A DNA stretch of 64,000 nt. It comes from Cyanophora paradoxa CCMP329 (taxonomy: Eukaryota > Plantae > Glaucophyta). The stretch is taken from contig QPMI01000520.1 of the NCBI GenBank assembly GCA_004431415.1, positions 124,001 to 188,000 of the forward strand, in the 5' to 3' direction. A model generated the notes under the pieces. It was given only the letters and a program-made list of their open reading frames with translations. It did not search any database and was not told the origin of the DNA. Positions 46,104 through 57,611 of this stretch are shown here, in pieces. Every line of letters begins with the position of its first letter. Within the stretch, counting starts at the first letter, position 1. Position numbers and translations under genes: made by a program.

Positions 46104-48771
46104 CTAGTAGGCGAGCTGGAGGGTGGCGGCGCGGCGGGCGGCGAGGTACTGGAGGGCCTCCCGCGTCGCCTCGTCGACGCCGCAGTGGAGGAGGGTCACG
46201 GAGCGCAGGCTGCTCGAGCGCGCGATGCCCATGGCGAGCTCCGTCGCGCCCTCCCCGCCCAGCGGGTTCAGCGAGAGGCTGAGGATGGCGAGCGAGGCGG
46301 CGTCGCCGAGGGTGCGGCCGAGGGCGGCGGCGCCGGCGGGGCCGATGGCGCTCTGGTTGAGGTAGAGGGCGGTCAGGCTCGAGCAGCCCGGCAGCGCCTC
46401 CGCCAGCGCCCCCGCCCCCGCGTCCTCCACCTGCCCCCGCCCTCAGCCGGCGCCGCGCGCAAGGCCTCGGGCTCAGACGGCCGCACGGGGTTGCCGGAGA
46501 GGCGGAGGCAGGTCAGGACGCTGTTGCGCTGCAGGCCGCTCGCCAGGCCGGCCGCCCCTGCACGCGCCCCTCAGCGGGGTGGGAAGAGGGGGGCGGGGAG
46601 GGGGCGTGGCGGGCCGGCGGGGCCGAGGGAGGCGGAGCCGAGGTTGAGGGAGAGGAGGGAGGGGTGCTCGGCGAGGGCCTCCCCCAGGGCGGCGGCGCCC
46701 TCGTCCCCCACGGCGTTGTCCTTCATGTCGAGGCTCTGCAGCGCCGCCGCCCCCGCCACGCCGCCGGCGAGCAGCTCCGCCCCGGGGCCGCCCACCCCGC
46801 ACGAGGTCAGGTAGAGCACGCGCAGCGCCGGGTGCGCCTTCAGCACCGCCGCCAGCGCCTGCAGGCCTGCAGCCCCGGCGCCTCAGGGGCGAGGCGGCGG
46901 GGGGGGGGAGCGGGGCGGGCGGGGGCGGGGGACCGTCGGTGGCGAGGCGGGTGCCGCGGAGGGAGAGGTGCGTGAGGTAGCGGTTGGCGACGAGGGTGCC
47001 GAGGACGGTGCCGGCCTCGGGGTCCCTGGCGGTGCAGGAGAGGAGGGAGAGGGAGAGGCACTCGGTGTTGCGGTAGAGGGCCTGGTGCAGCGCCTCGGCC
47101 TCCACCCGCCCGATCTGCACCCGCTGCAGCCCGATGCTCTCCCGGTAGCGGTCGACGCCCATCTCCCGCCACGCCTTCCGCACCTCCGCCTCCGTCACCC
47201 GCGCCCCGGCCTGCAGCGAGATCGAGCCCCGCCGGTTGTGCCCGGGGCTCGTCCCCGCGTGCTCCCCCGGGGGCGCCGAGAGGGCCGGCTGCAGGCCCCC
47301 GCTCGCCCCCGGCGACGGCGAGGCCCGCCCCTGCATCATCGCCCCGGGGGGCGCCGAGAGGGCCGACGCCAGGCCCGACGCCCGCCGCTCCTGGCTCTGC
47401 CGTCGGCGCCCGATCGGCCCCCGGCGAGCGGCGCGGGGCGAGGGGCAGCGCGCACGTCGCTGGGGCCGGCCTCGCCTTGGAGCCGAGGCGGCGCTTCCGC
47501 CCGTCGGCGCCCTCCTCCTCCGCGCCCCGCTTGCCGCTCTTCGGCCCCTCGCTCTCTGCGCAGGCGCCCCGTCGACGCCAGCGCCGGCCGGCGGGGCGGG
47601 GAGGGGCGGGGCGGGGCGGACCGGCGGAGTCGCGGGCGGCCTTGCCGCCGCCGAAGATGGAGCCGAAGAGGGCCCCGAAGACCGTCGCCCGCCGCTGGCC
47701 CCCGCCCTGCCGCCCCGTCCCTCCGCCTTCTTCTCCGCCCCCGCCCCCGCCCCCGCCGGCCCTCCCGCCGCCCCGACGCCGGCCCCGCCTCCGCCGCCCC
47801 CGACGCCGACGCCTCGGGGGGCTTCTCGGGCGGGGCCGGCGTGGCGCCGGGCGCCGCCTCGGGGCCCTCCTCGGGCCGCTTCAGGGGGGTGCTGAACGAC
47901 CGCGACTTGGGCGTCTTCTTGGTGAAGGAGAGGCCCCGGAAGAGGCCCTTGAGGAGGGCCCGCGGCGGCGCGCTCGCCGCCGGCGAGAGCGCCTTCCCCC
48001 CCGCCTCCTCCCCGCTCGCCCTGCCGCCCTCCTGCCCGTCCACCGCCGCGCTCTTCTTCTCCTGACTGGCGCTGACGCCCGGGTGCGGCGACTCCGGCCG
48101 GCCTGCGCGCGCGCGCGCGCAACCCGTCACGGGGCCGCCTTGACTGCGTAGCTAAGGGAGCTGAGGGGAGGCTGGCCCGTGGACGAAGGGGTCTTGAGGT
48201 CGGGAGTGTGTGGCCTGTCAGGAGTCTTCGGATCGGGCGTGCCAGGCCGCTGCGCCGCCTCGGGGGTCCTCGGCCGCGACTCCGGCGCCGGCGCTGTCGC
48301 CTGCTGTGGCGTCGCTGGCCGGTCCTGTTGTTCTGAGCTTTCCGAAGCTTCTTCCGGCTTTTCGATAGGCGTATCTGAGCTCCCGGGCGCGCCATCTGGA
48401 GCGCGCGCGCGAGTCGTTAGCATCGGCCAGCAATCGCCGACAATGCTGTTCGGGCCGGGGGATGAGCAGACCCTCGGGCGTAGTCTGCAACTGCGGCAGA
48501 CGTCTCGGGGGTGGCATTTTCGGACCCGTCCGATAGCCGGGAGTACCAAGCTAGCCGATCCGCGATGCGATGATCTTCTCCGACAGCGCGGGGGGTCGGC
48601 CAAAAAGTTGCTGCTAGACTGGTATACTTGTTTTAAACAAGATCGCGGCTTCGCGGCTGGCGAAGAGCAGCGCCGCTGCAGCCCGCCGGTGTCGGGGGGT
48701 AGGCGCACCTCGCAACGAAAAAAATTGCTGTCGGTCGCATTTTGACGCAGCTGGGACCTTCTCGAGCTCAT
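46104..48771 (-). CDS. RI/NLRC3-type leucine-rich repeat protein with long disordered N-terminus; start uncertain
   Basis: LRVLYLTSCGVGGPGAELLA, LQSLDMKDNAVGDEGAAALGEAL, LTALYLNQSAIGPAGAAALG, LSLSLNPLGGEGATELA. Confidence 0.85.
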
Positions 48772-48783
48772 TGACGTGCCGAG

Positions 48784-50620
48784 ATGGCGGCGTCGAGCGC
48801 GCGCGCTCGACAAACGGGCGGCGGCGAGGGCTGGTGGAAGAAGGCGCGTCTGGCTGCTACGTCGACCTTCGCACTCACTGATGGACGTCCGCAGGGATTG
48901 CTGTTCTTCCAACCAGCGAAAGCGCTAGTGCAGAAAGCGGCATCCCACGGCGAGCACATAGATTCGCTGCGGACGTCGCCAACTTGCCCGCTCACGATCC
49001 GCACTCCGCAGACTTCGTGAAGGTCGATGCGAAGGCTTTCTTCTCTGTGGAGCGTACGTATTACAAATGGTTGCACCTGGCGGTCGTCCTCATCGCACTC
49101 GGCGGCGCGCTGATAAGGTGACGGGCTCTGAAGCGACCGCCCGTCCGGCCGGCGCTTAGCTCCGGGCGCGCGCAGCTTCGAATATGCAGGAGGACCTACG
49201 ATGACGCTCGGCAGCTACTCGCCGTCGAAGCACTCGGTGGGGATGCTGGCCGTGAAGCACGCGGCGCTGAACGGGTTCATCCTCGTGTGCGCCGGCTCCG
49301 TCGTGATCGTCTACAGCCTCTACAACTTCCACTACCGCATCAACAACATCGCCGTCCAGCGGCCCGCGCGCTACGCCGACCGGTCCGCCCCCCGAGGCCC
49401 CTCCGCCGCTACGCTCGTCTCGCCAACCCGCCGCGCGCCGGGGGCGCAGGGTGGGGCCCACCGTCCTCGTGTGCATGGTGCTCTGTCTTGTGGTGGCGAA
49501 TGGCATCGTGTACCTGCAGGTCCGCCCCGCCGCGCCGGCGCGCGTTCTCGAGACCCGACGCGCCCGCCCCGCAGACCTCGCAGCCTCCGTGCGTTGACTA
49601 CAGCTCGCTGCTGGGTGGCAGCGGTGCGCCGTTTCCGCCGCGGCACCGCTCGACCGGCCGCTCACGCGCCATGGGACAGCGTTCCAGCCGGCGGGGGTGA
49701 TAGAGCACCCGCTGAAGCCGCACACGATCCTCGTGGTCGGCGGCGGCCTCGCGGGGGCGATGGCGGAGGTGGACCGCGGCACGGGGCGCGTGCGGCAGTT
49801 CACGCTGCCGCCCTGCAGCGACCTCTGCGCCCCGCCGCTCCCCCCGGGGCCGGCGGCGGAGGGGACGGAGGAGGACCCCCTCTCGCGCCGCCTCCGCAGC
49901 AGCGTCTACATCCTCCAGGCGCGCCCCTCCCCCCGTTTGCTCGGCCCGGGCGTGGGGCCGCCTCGAGCGGGCGGCGCGCAGGTCGTCCCCCCCTCCATCC
50001 TCGAGTTCAGCCTCCTCTCCGAACAAGCGCGCCCCGCACCCCCGACCCGCTGCCCGCCCCGCCCGCGTTCTGACGGCGCGGGGGCGGGGCGGCAGGTGAC
50101 GAGGAGCTGGAAGCTGCCGATGGGGCCGCCCTCGGGGGCGGGGGCCGGGGGCGGGCCGGTGCAGGAGTGGTCCCCCTCGGGCCTGGCCTTCGTGCCGGAG
50201 GCGGGGCACCGGCACGGCGGCCGCTTCCTCGTGGCCGCCTACGGCGAGGGCCGCATCTACACCGTCGAGGTCCCCCTTGCCGACCTCAACGCCTCGGCCC
50301 CCGCCGCCCCCGTCCTCGCCGGCTCCTTCGTGCCCAAGGGCGCCGCCGCCATGCGCGGCATCTCGGCGCTGGACTACCAGCCCCGGGGCGACGCCGCCGG
50401 CGGGCGCCTCTTCGCGCTGCTCGAGACGAGCGTCGCGCAGATCGACCCGGAGGCCGGCGCGGTGACGCGCAGCTGGCCCCTCCTCTTCCGCCGCTTCCGG
50501 GGCCTTTCCGTCGACCCCGACCGGCAGGGGGCGTACCTCACGAGCCAGGGCACGGGGACGGTCGCCCGCATCCCCTTCGACCCCCGCACGGGGCCCCTCC
50601 TCTGCGAGAAGCTCTTCTAG
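48784..50620 (+). CDS. VTC1/DUF202 transmembrane domain fused to a C-terminal beta-propeller-like domain
   Basis: KVDAKAFFSVERTYYKWL (cf. Vtc1 KVEPKVFFANERTFLSWL), three TM helices, RYADRVGPTVLV; then PAGV, SPSGLAFVP, ISALDY, FRGLSVD blades. Confidence 0.75.
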
Positions 50621-50831
50621 CGCCCCAGACCACCTATCCTAGTGTAGACAGGCCCTCCGTACGCTGCAGTTTCATGTGTGTAGTAGAGCAGGCGCTGCGT
50701 ATGGCGCAGTTTCATGATTATGATTCGCTTCGCGCACTCGTGCGGGAGGGTGGCGGGAGGGGACAGAGACGGGGGGCCGGGCGGGAGGGCGGGCCCCGGG
50801 GGGAGGGCGGGGCGGGCCGGCGGCGCGCCCC

Positions 50832-52691
50832 TCAGCGGAGGGCCATGCCCATGGGGGCCATGCCGGCGGGGTAGCCGCCCATGGGGGCCGGCGCCTGCAG
50901 CATGCGGTACGCCTGCACCTGCGCGGGGGTCACGCGGGGGCGGGGCGGGGCGGAGGGGAGGCGGAGGGGCGCACCGGGGTGCGGCACATGGGGCACATGT
51001 TGCCGCGCTGGCGGAGGTTCTCGGCGTCGCGGGCGCAGAGAACGGCGTGGCCGCACGGGTGCAGCGCCACCTCCCGCCGCCCCGCCCGGCAGATCTGCGC
51101 CCCTCAGCGCGGCCCCGGGAGGCGGGGGGCGGGGCGAGGGCGGCGCACGAGGCAGAGGTCGGCGGAGAGGCCGGCGGGGCCCGGGGCGGCGGGGGCCGCC
51201 TGCGCCAGGGCCGCCGCCTGCGAGGCGAGCGAGGCGCCGGGCCCGGGGGCGGCGGGCCCCCCCGGGAGGAGGCCCATGTCTCGGAGGGCAGCGGCGCCGG
51301 AGGCGGCGGAGGCGGCCGAGGAGGAGGCGGCGGCGAGGAGGTCGATCATCTGGTCGAACGACGGCCGCTCGTGCGCCTCGGCGAAGCAGCGCTGCATGAG
51401 CTGCGCCATCCACGGGCGGCAGCCGGGCGGGATGGGGAGCCGCCGCCCCTGCTGCCCCACGATCACGGGGATGTGGAAGGGCTGCAGCTCCGCCCACGGC
51501 GGCTGCCGCGTCGCGATCTCCCTGCGCCGGCGTCACGGGGGACGGGGGGAAGCGGGCGGGGGAAGGGGGCGGCGGAGGGGTTGCGGGCGCGCCAGAGGAC
51601 GACCCCGAAGCTGTAGACGTCGGCCTTCTCGTTGTAGGGCTCCCCCCGCAGCACCTCTGCCGCCGGCGCGCGGCCCGTGAGCCGCGAGCGGGTGAGCCGC
51701 GGGGACGAGGCGGCGCGGCGCACCGGGGGCGATCCACGCCGGAGTCCCCACCGCCATGCTCTGCGCACAAGAAGAAGAAGCGAGGCGGTGAGGGGGCAGA
51801 GGCCTCGGGAGAGGGCGGGGGCGGGGGCGGACGGCCTGGGCGCCGGCGGCGTGGGCGGAGCGGGTCTTGGTGAGGCCGAAGTCGGCGACCTTGACGTTAA
51901 GGTGCTGGTCCACCAGGATGTTCAGCGCCTGCCCCGCGCCCCGCCCTCAGAGGGGGCGAGGGCGAGGGGGAGGGGGGCCGGGGGCGGTGCCTTGAGGTCG
52001 CGGTGGATGAGGCCGGAGTGGTGGAGGTAGTTCATGCCCTTGGAGACGTCGGTGAGGATGCGGATGAGGACGAGGTCGTCGCGCAGCAGGTCCGAGGCGC
52101 CGCTGGTGTGGAACATGTGGTAGAGCGAGCCGTTCGGCATGAACTCCGTCACGATGCAGAGGTCCGGCGGCGTCACGCAGGCCCCCATGAAGAGGACCAC
52201 GTTCGGGTGCCGCAGGTCCCTGCGCGGGGTCAGCGGGAGGGGAGGGGGCGAGGGAGGGGGGCGGCGGGGCGCGCTTGACGACGTCGATCTCCTTGCGGAA
52301 CTCGTCGAGGGCCTGCGGCTGGGCGAGGAGCGCGGCGTGCTTGATCCGCTTCACCGCGACCTCCCCGCCGTAGAGGGTGCCCCGGTACACCTCCCCGAAG
52401 GCCCCCTCCCCGATCTTCTCCAGCAGCTTCACGGCGTTGGGCGAGATCTCCCACCGCTCCCGCTCCGCGCGCGGCGGGCCCGGGCTCGGCGTCGCCCGCA
52501 TCGCCGCCATCGGGGGCGGGCCCATCGGGGGCGGCCCGATCGGGGGCGGCCCGACGGGGGGCGGCGGCGGGGCGGCGGGGCGGCGAAGGCGGCGAGGAGG
52601 TCGGCCCCGGGGAGGCGGCCGGGGGCGGCCCCGGCTGGGGCATTGGGAGGAGGGCTGCGGGGCCGGCGCCGCGGGGGGCGGCGAGGGCGCC

Positions 52692-52751
<60 letters not shown>

Positions 52752-55299
52752 GGGTGGAGGAGAGGGCGGCGAGGAGGTTCTCGGCGGGGCGGCGGGGGCG
52801 GAGGGGCGCCCCCGCCGCCCTCCTCGAGGCTGAGGCCGAGGAGGTCGTGGTGCGGCTCGTGCGCGGCGGCGGCCTCGGGCGCCTCGGGCTCGTCCAGCAG
52901 CGCGGCCCGGGGCAGCGCCCGCGAGGAGCTCGGCGGCGACTCGAGGCTCGCCAGCGCCGCCTCTGCCCGATGGTGGTCCCCCGTCGAGCCCCGCATCCGC
53001 CGCCGCCCCGGCGAGGGCGCCGGCAGCCCCGGCGAGCCCGGCGGCTCCTGCTGCTGCGGAGGCGGCTGTGGGCGCGGCTGCCGCTGCGAGCCGAGGCCTC
53101 CCAGCAGGTCGCCCTCCCCGTGCGGGTCCTCCTCGTCCCTGTGCGCGCCCGGCGCCGGGCCCGGCGTCGCCGGCGCCGCCGGCTGCCCGCCCCGCCCCCG
53201 CCTCCGAGGAGATCGTGCAGCAGGTCGGCGTTCGAGTACCCGCCGCCCGTCGGACCCGTCGGCGTCGTCGGCTGCAGCGCCGCCGCGGCCGGGCCGAGGG
53301 CCGCCGGCAGCGGCTGCAGCACCGCCGGCGGGGCCCCATCTGGAGGGCCGCCAGCCCGGCCGGCGCGGCGGCCGCCAGCCCCGCCATGGGCAGCGGCCCG
53401 CCCGCCATGGGCCCGTGGGGCGAGACCATCGGGGCGGGCTAGCCGCCGGGCCCGCCGTCGGGTGGTGCGGGCCGCGGAACGCCGCCTCGGCCCTCGCCCG
53501 CTGCGAAAGAGCGGTGAGAAGCGGGGCGGAGGCGAGGGGAGGGTGCGGGCGGGGGCAGAGGGCGCCTGCTCCTCCATGGCGCGGCGGCGGGCCTCAACGT
53601 GGGCGTCGGCGGCGTGCGCGGGGATCTGCTCCGCCGAGGGCGCCCGCCGGTGGTGCGCCGGAGACTCCGCCGGGCTGCCCCGCGGCCCGCCCCAGAGGCC
53701 GAGGTCGGGGAAGGAGCCCGAGGGGGGTATGCCGGCCTCGAGGCTGGGCCCCGTCGGGGGCGTCGCGGAGCGGGTGCCGGCGGCGCGGAGGGCGCCCGGG
53801 CCGTCCAGGAGCTGGGCGAAGGCGGAGGCGCCGTGGGGGGAGGGCGAGGGCGAGGGCGAGGGGGAGGGGGCGGGCTGGGCGAGGCCGGGGTGCGGGCGGG
53901 CGGGGAGCTCGCCGGCGTAGAGGTCGCCGAAGACGACCTCCTTGGCCTGCGCCAGGGGCGCGTCCCCCGAGGCCGGCCCGCACCCCCCGAACACCAGCAG
54001 CTGCTGCCGCCCCTCCCGCTCCACCAGCACGCCCGCCTGCCCGTGCCGCGGCGAGGGCGTGCTCCCCTGCGCCGGCGCCGCCACCCAGCAGAGCGTGTCC
54101 AGGTCCAGCATCCGCGAGTCGTTCATGTACTGCTGGCCCCCGAAGCCCCCGAAGAGCAGCAGCCGCCGCCCCGCCAGCGCCGCCGCCTGGCCCCAGCGCC
54201 CGGCCGGCACCGCCCCCGTCGCCGGCGCCTGCCTCCACGAGAGGCTCGCTGCCCGCCGGCGTCAGGTGGCGGGGAGAAGTGCGAGGGACGAGCGGGGTAC
54301 GGACCGCTGTCGAAGAGCCAGACGTCCTGGTACCAGCGGGGGGCGTTGCCCGGGAGGACGCCGTACCCCCCGAAGATGACGAGCTGGCGGGTGCCCGGCT
54401 CGCTGACGGCGCTGTGCATGCAGCGGGGCGGCGGCACGGGGCCCGTCGCCGCGTCGAGGCGCGTCCACGTCCACCCGCTCGCTGCGCACACCGCTCGGGG
54501 CGGGGAGGGGCGGGGAGGGGCGGGGAGGGGCCCGGGCCGCACGGTCGAGGAGGTACGTGTCGTTATTGTAGACGTGCTGCGCGTCCAGACCTGCCCCCGC
54601 CGCCGGTCGCGACCCACAGCCCCGCGGGGCGCCGGGCCGGCCCCGCCCTGCGCGCACCGCCGAAGACCAGGACCTTCCCGTCGAGGAGCGTCGCGGAGTG
54701 ACCCCAGCGCGGCGACGGCGCCACTCCGCTCATCGGCACCAGCTTCCACTCGCGCGTCACTGCGCGTCGCCCCGCGCGTCGGCGCCTCTGAGCTCGCGCA
54801 GCCGCGCGGGCGGAGCCCACCGGTGTTCAGAATGTGCACCGCGTTGGAGTAGCCGCCGTGAGGTCCGCCGTACCCGCCTGTGGCGACGCTGAGGCACGCA
54901 CACGTTTGGATCGCGCGAGGCCGGGCGCCGCTCACCGAAATGAACGATCTGGCCGTTGGGGAGGGCGACCACGGCCGCGCCGGCGCGGGCCCCGGGCGAG
55001 GATCCCGTGGTTTGCATCTTCTCCCAGTGCCATCGCCCTGCACAGCCCGAGCGCGCGTGCCGTTGGCGCCCGGCAGTGCGCGGGGAGGCGGATCATGGGC
55101 ACCGAGATCCAGGCTGTAGGCGTCGTCCATGTAGCGTGCATCGTTGATGCCGCCCAAGACATACACCCGGTCGTTGATTCGCGCCACGCCCGCCTGGGAA
55201 GAAACAGGCTCGGGTGTAATGGAAGCGCGCGGACCGGAACCGCACCTTGGATCGCGGCGCGGGCGCCTCCCCGCTCGTTTGGAGCTTCCTCCACAGCAT
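50832..55299 (-). CDS. Kelch-repeat, polyQ linker, TKL kinase and C-terminal RING fusion protein
   Basis: Six Kelch repeats (PSPRWGHSA, VIFGGY, PSPRHGQA); kinase IGEGAFG, VAVK, HRDLKALN, DFG, GTPAWIAPE; RING C..C...LHPCGHAVLCARDA...CPMCR. Confidence 0.9.
52694..52750 (-). repeat. (CAG)19 microsatellite encoding polyQ
   Basis: 19 perfect CTG units on the + strand. Confidence 0.95.
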
Positions 55300-55779
55300 C
55301 GCGGCTGAGCCGTGAGGCGACGCCGTCGTCCGAGCGGTTCTCTGCTGCGCGAGCTCTCTGCTGCGCGAGCCGCGCCGACCGCGGCTCCTTCGGCTTCGGT
55401 GCGCGCTATTCGATCACTCAGACACCCCGCAGCTCGCTTCGCTTCAACGGGAGCCCAACATCTTTTGAGCCGTGTACCCCGACAGCGACCCGTCACCCGG
55501 GAGTGCGGCAGGTGAGCTCCATGCGCGTGTCTTGGGGTGCTAGGCGAGATGGGCGGTATCGTCAGGGGCGGTTTAGCTTCTCGGGTGGGCGCAGCGCCGA
55601 GGCACAACGGACGTTGAGCGTGGCCGCGCGGGGTCATTTCTGTGCCTAGCGCGTAACTTTTGGTCGCCGCCGTCTTTGTCCGCTTCCTCCGAGCCGAGAG
55701 TGCAGTCCGGCGGATACGGCGCTGCCGTCTCGCGGACGCTGACCAAGCTGTTCGCTTTGAAGGCAAAGTGCCCGGCACC

Positions 55780-56381
55780 ATGTCGTACTACGGTGAGTAC
55801 CCGCCGCGCTGCGCCGGCCGCCGCTAACACCCGCCGCTGCAGGGCCGATGACAACGTGAGCGGCCAGCGCCGGGCCCGTCGCCCGGCCGTCGTCGCTGAC
55901 CACCGCGCAGCTACACAATCGGCGGTGCCTCGCCGGGGTCGCCGAACGCCGTGCAGGCGGCGCCCTTGCCGGCCGTCAACACATATCAGCCCGTGGCGGC
56001 ACCGCCTCCGCCGCAGGCGCCGCAGTACAATGGCTACTACAACGAGGCGCGCTGCGCGTGGCCTCGTGATGCGGCGGCTGCGGGTGACGGGGCGGGGGCG
56101 GCGCGGGGCGCAGGTGCACACGGCGCAGGTGAATCCGATGAAGCAGTTCTACAGCTACGACCACGGCCAGGTGGTTTACGCGGATGTTCCCATCAACCCG
56201 ACCCGCACCGCGCCGCCCCCGGACCAGCCCGGCACGTACAGCGGACCGGCGAGCCCCATCTTCGAGGCACAGCCGGCGCCGGCGGACCTCGCAGTGGCTT
56301 CCAAGGGGCAGAAGATTACCGTAGGGTTCGACTGCATGGTTTCCGAGTGCGGGAAGCCGATGTACAGGTGAACAGACCCCA

Positions 56382-56417
<36 letters not shown>

Positions 56418-57352
56418 GTCGCTCTCGCCGTCGCTGCCCGCCCATGACACCGCCACGCCCCGCGCCGCGCCTGCGCCCCCAGGTTCTACTGGGACGTGTG
56501 CGTACCCCCTCCGGGCCGCGCGCGCGGGGAGAGGCGGCGCGTCACGCCCGGGGCGGGGCGGGGCGCAGGAAGGAGGTTTGCGGGAGGGACGACTACTGCA
56601 AGGAGCACCTACCCGAGGAGGTCCTCGCCTTCGACAAGAACCACAACGGCCGCTTCTCCATCCGCGAGTACTCCGACATGGCCCGCCCCCGCGCCCCCTG
56701 CGCCGGTGCCCGCGTGACCGAGCGGGCGCAGATGTGCGAGGGGACGCGGCTGTACAACTACTACATGCAGAACCAGGGCGCCATGTCCGACCAGGAGAAG
56801 GTCGCCAAGGGGATCCCCATCTTGAAGGCCGGCGACCTCAAATTCCTCGACGGCGACCAGGACCACAAGATCGTGCGCCCGCGCCCGTGCACCCTTTCCC
56901 CCGCCGGACGCCGCGCTGACCCGCCGTCCCGTGCCTGCAGTGCCCCAGCGAATTCGGTGCGGGGTGCCTCTGGCCTCGGCGCACGTGGGCGCGCGGGTGA
57001 CGTGCGGGGGCGGGCAGAGACGTGGTTCGTGCAGAACTACGAGCTGGTGAAGGTGGACCCGACGGACCCGATCATCCGCTCGATGCACCGCCAGCTGGAC
57101 GAGGCGGCGCAGGCCGCCCCCGAGGAGCCCGACGCCCTCGAGGCCGAGGACGCCCTCGCCTCCCCCGACCCCTGCGCCACCGCCTCCGACGCCCCCGCCG
57201 CCCCCGCCCCCTCCGACGTCCGCCGCTCCTCCCCTCTCCGCGGCGCCTGGAACAATTTCGTTCCCTCTGACGCGCTCCTGAACCCGCAGGAGGACGGCGC
57301 GGCCGCCGAGCTCGCGTACGCGGACGAGGACGCCGAGCTCTTCTTCCTGTAG
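55780..57352 (+). CDS. Orphan Cys-rich protein with two EF-hand-like loops and acidic C-terminal tail
   Basis: DCMVSECGK..DVCKEVCGRDDYCKE, FDKNHNGRFSIRE, LDGDQDHKI, ends QEDGAAAELAYADEDAELFFL*. Confidence 0.65.
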
Positions 57353-57611
57353 GCTGCAGCGGCCACGCGCGAGGGCAACGCAGTGTGTCTCTAATTAATG
57401 AGTTCGCGATGAGAGATGGCGGGCTAGCAAGCAAGCCGCGAGCTTGAACTCTAGCCGCGGCTTTAAGCCGATCGGCCGGTCGGGTACACGACCTCTGTCG
57501 CTGTAGCGTCCGACGGTCGAAGCCGGCCGATCGAAAGAACCGGCCGTCAGCGAATACAAACGCTACGGTCTTTAGAAGTAAAACAACGCCAGTAACCTCG
57601 CATCTGTCAGC

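Noticed and set aside
52694-52750. Poly-Cys, poly-Leu or poly-Ser readings of the triplet repeat
   Set aside because: Only the minus-strand polyQ frame is consistent with the Kelch-kinase gene
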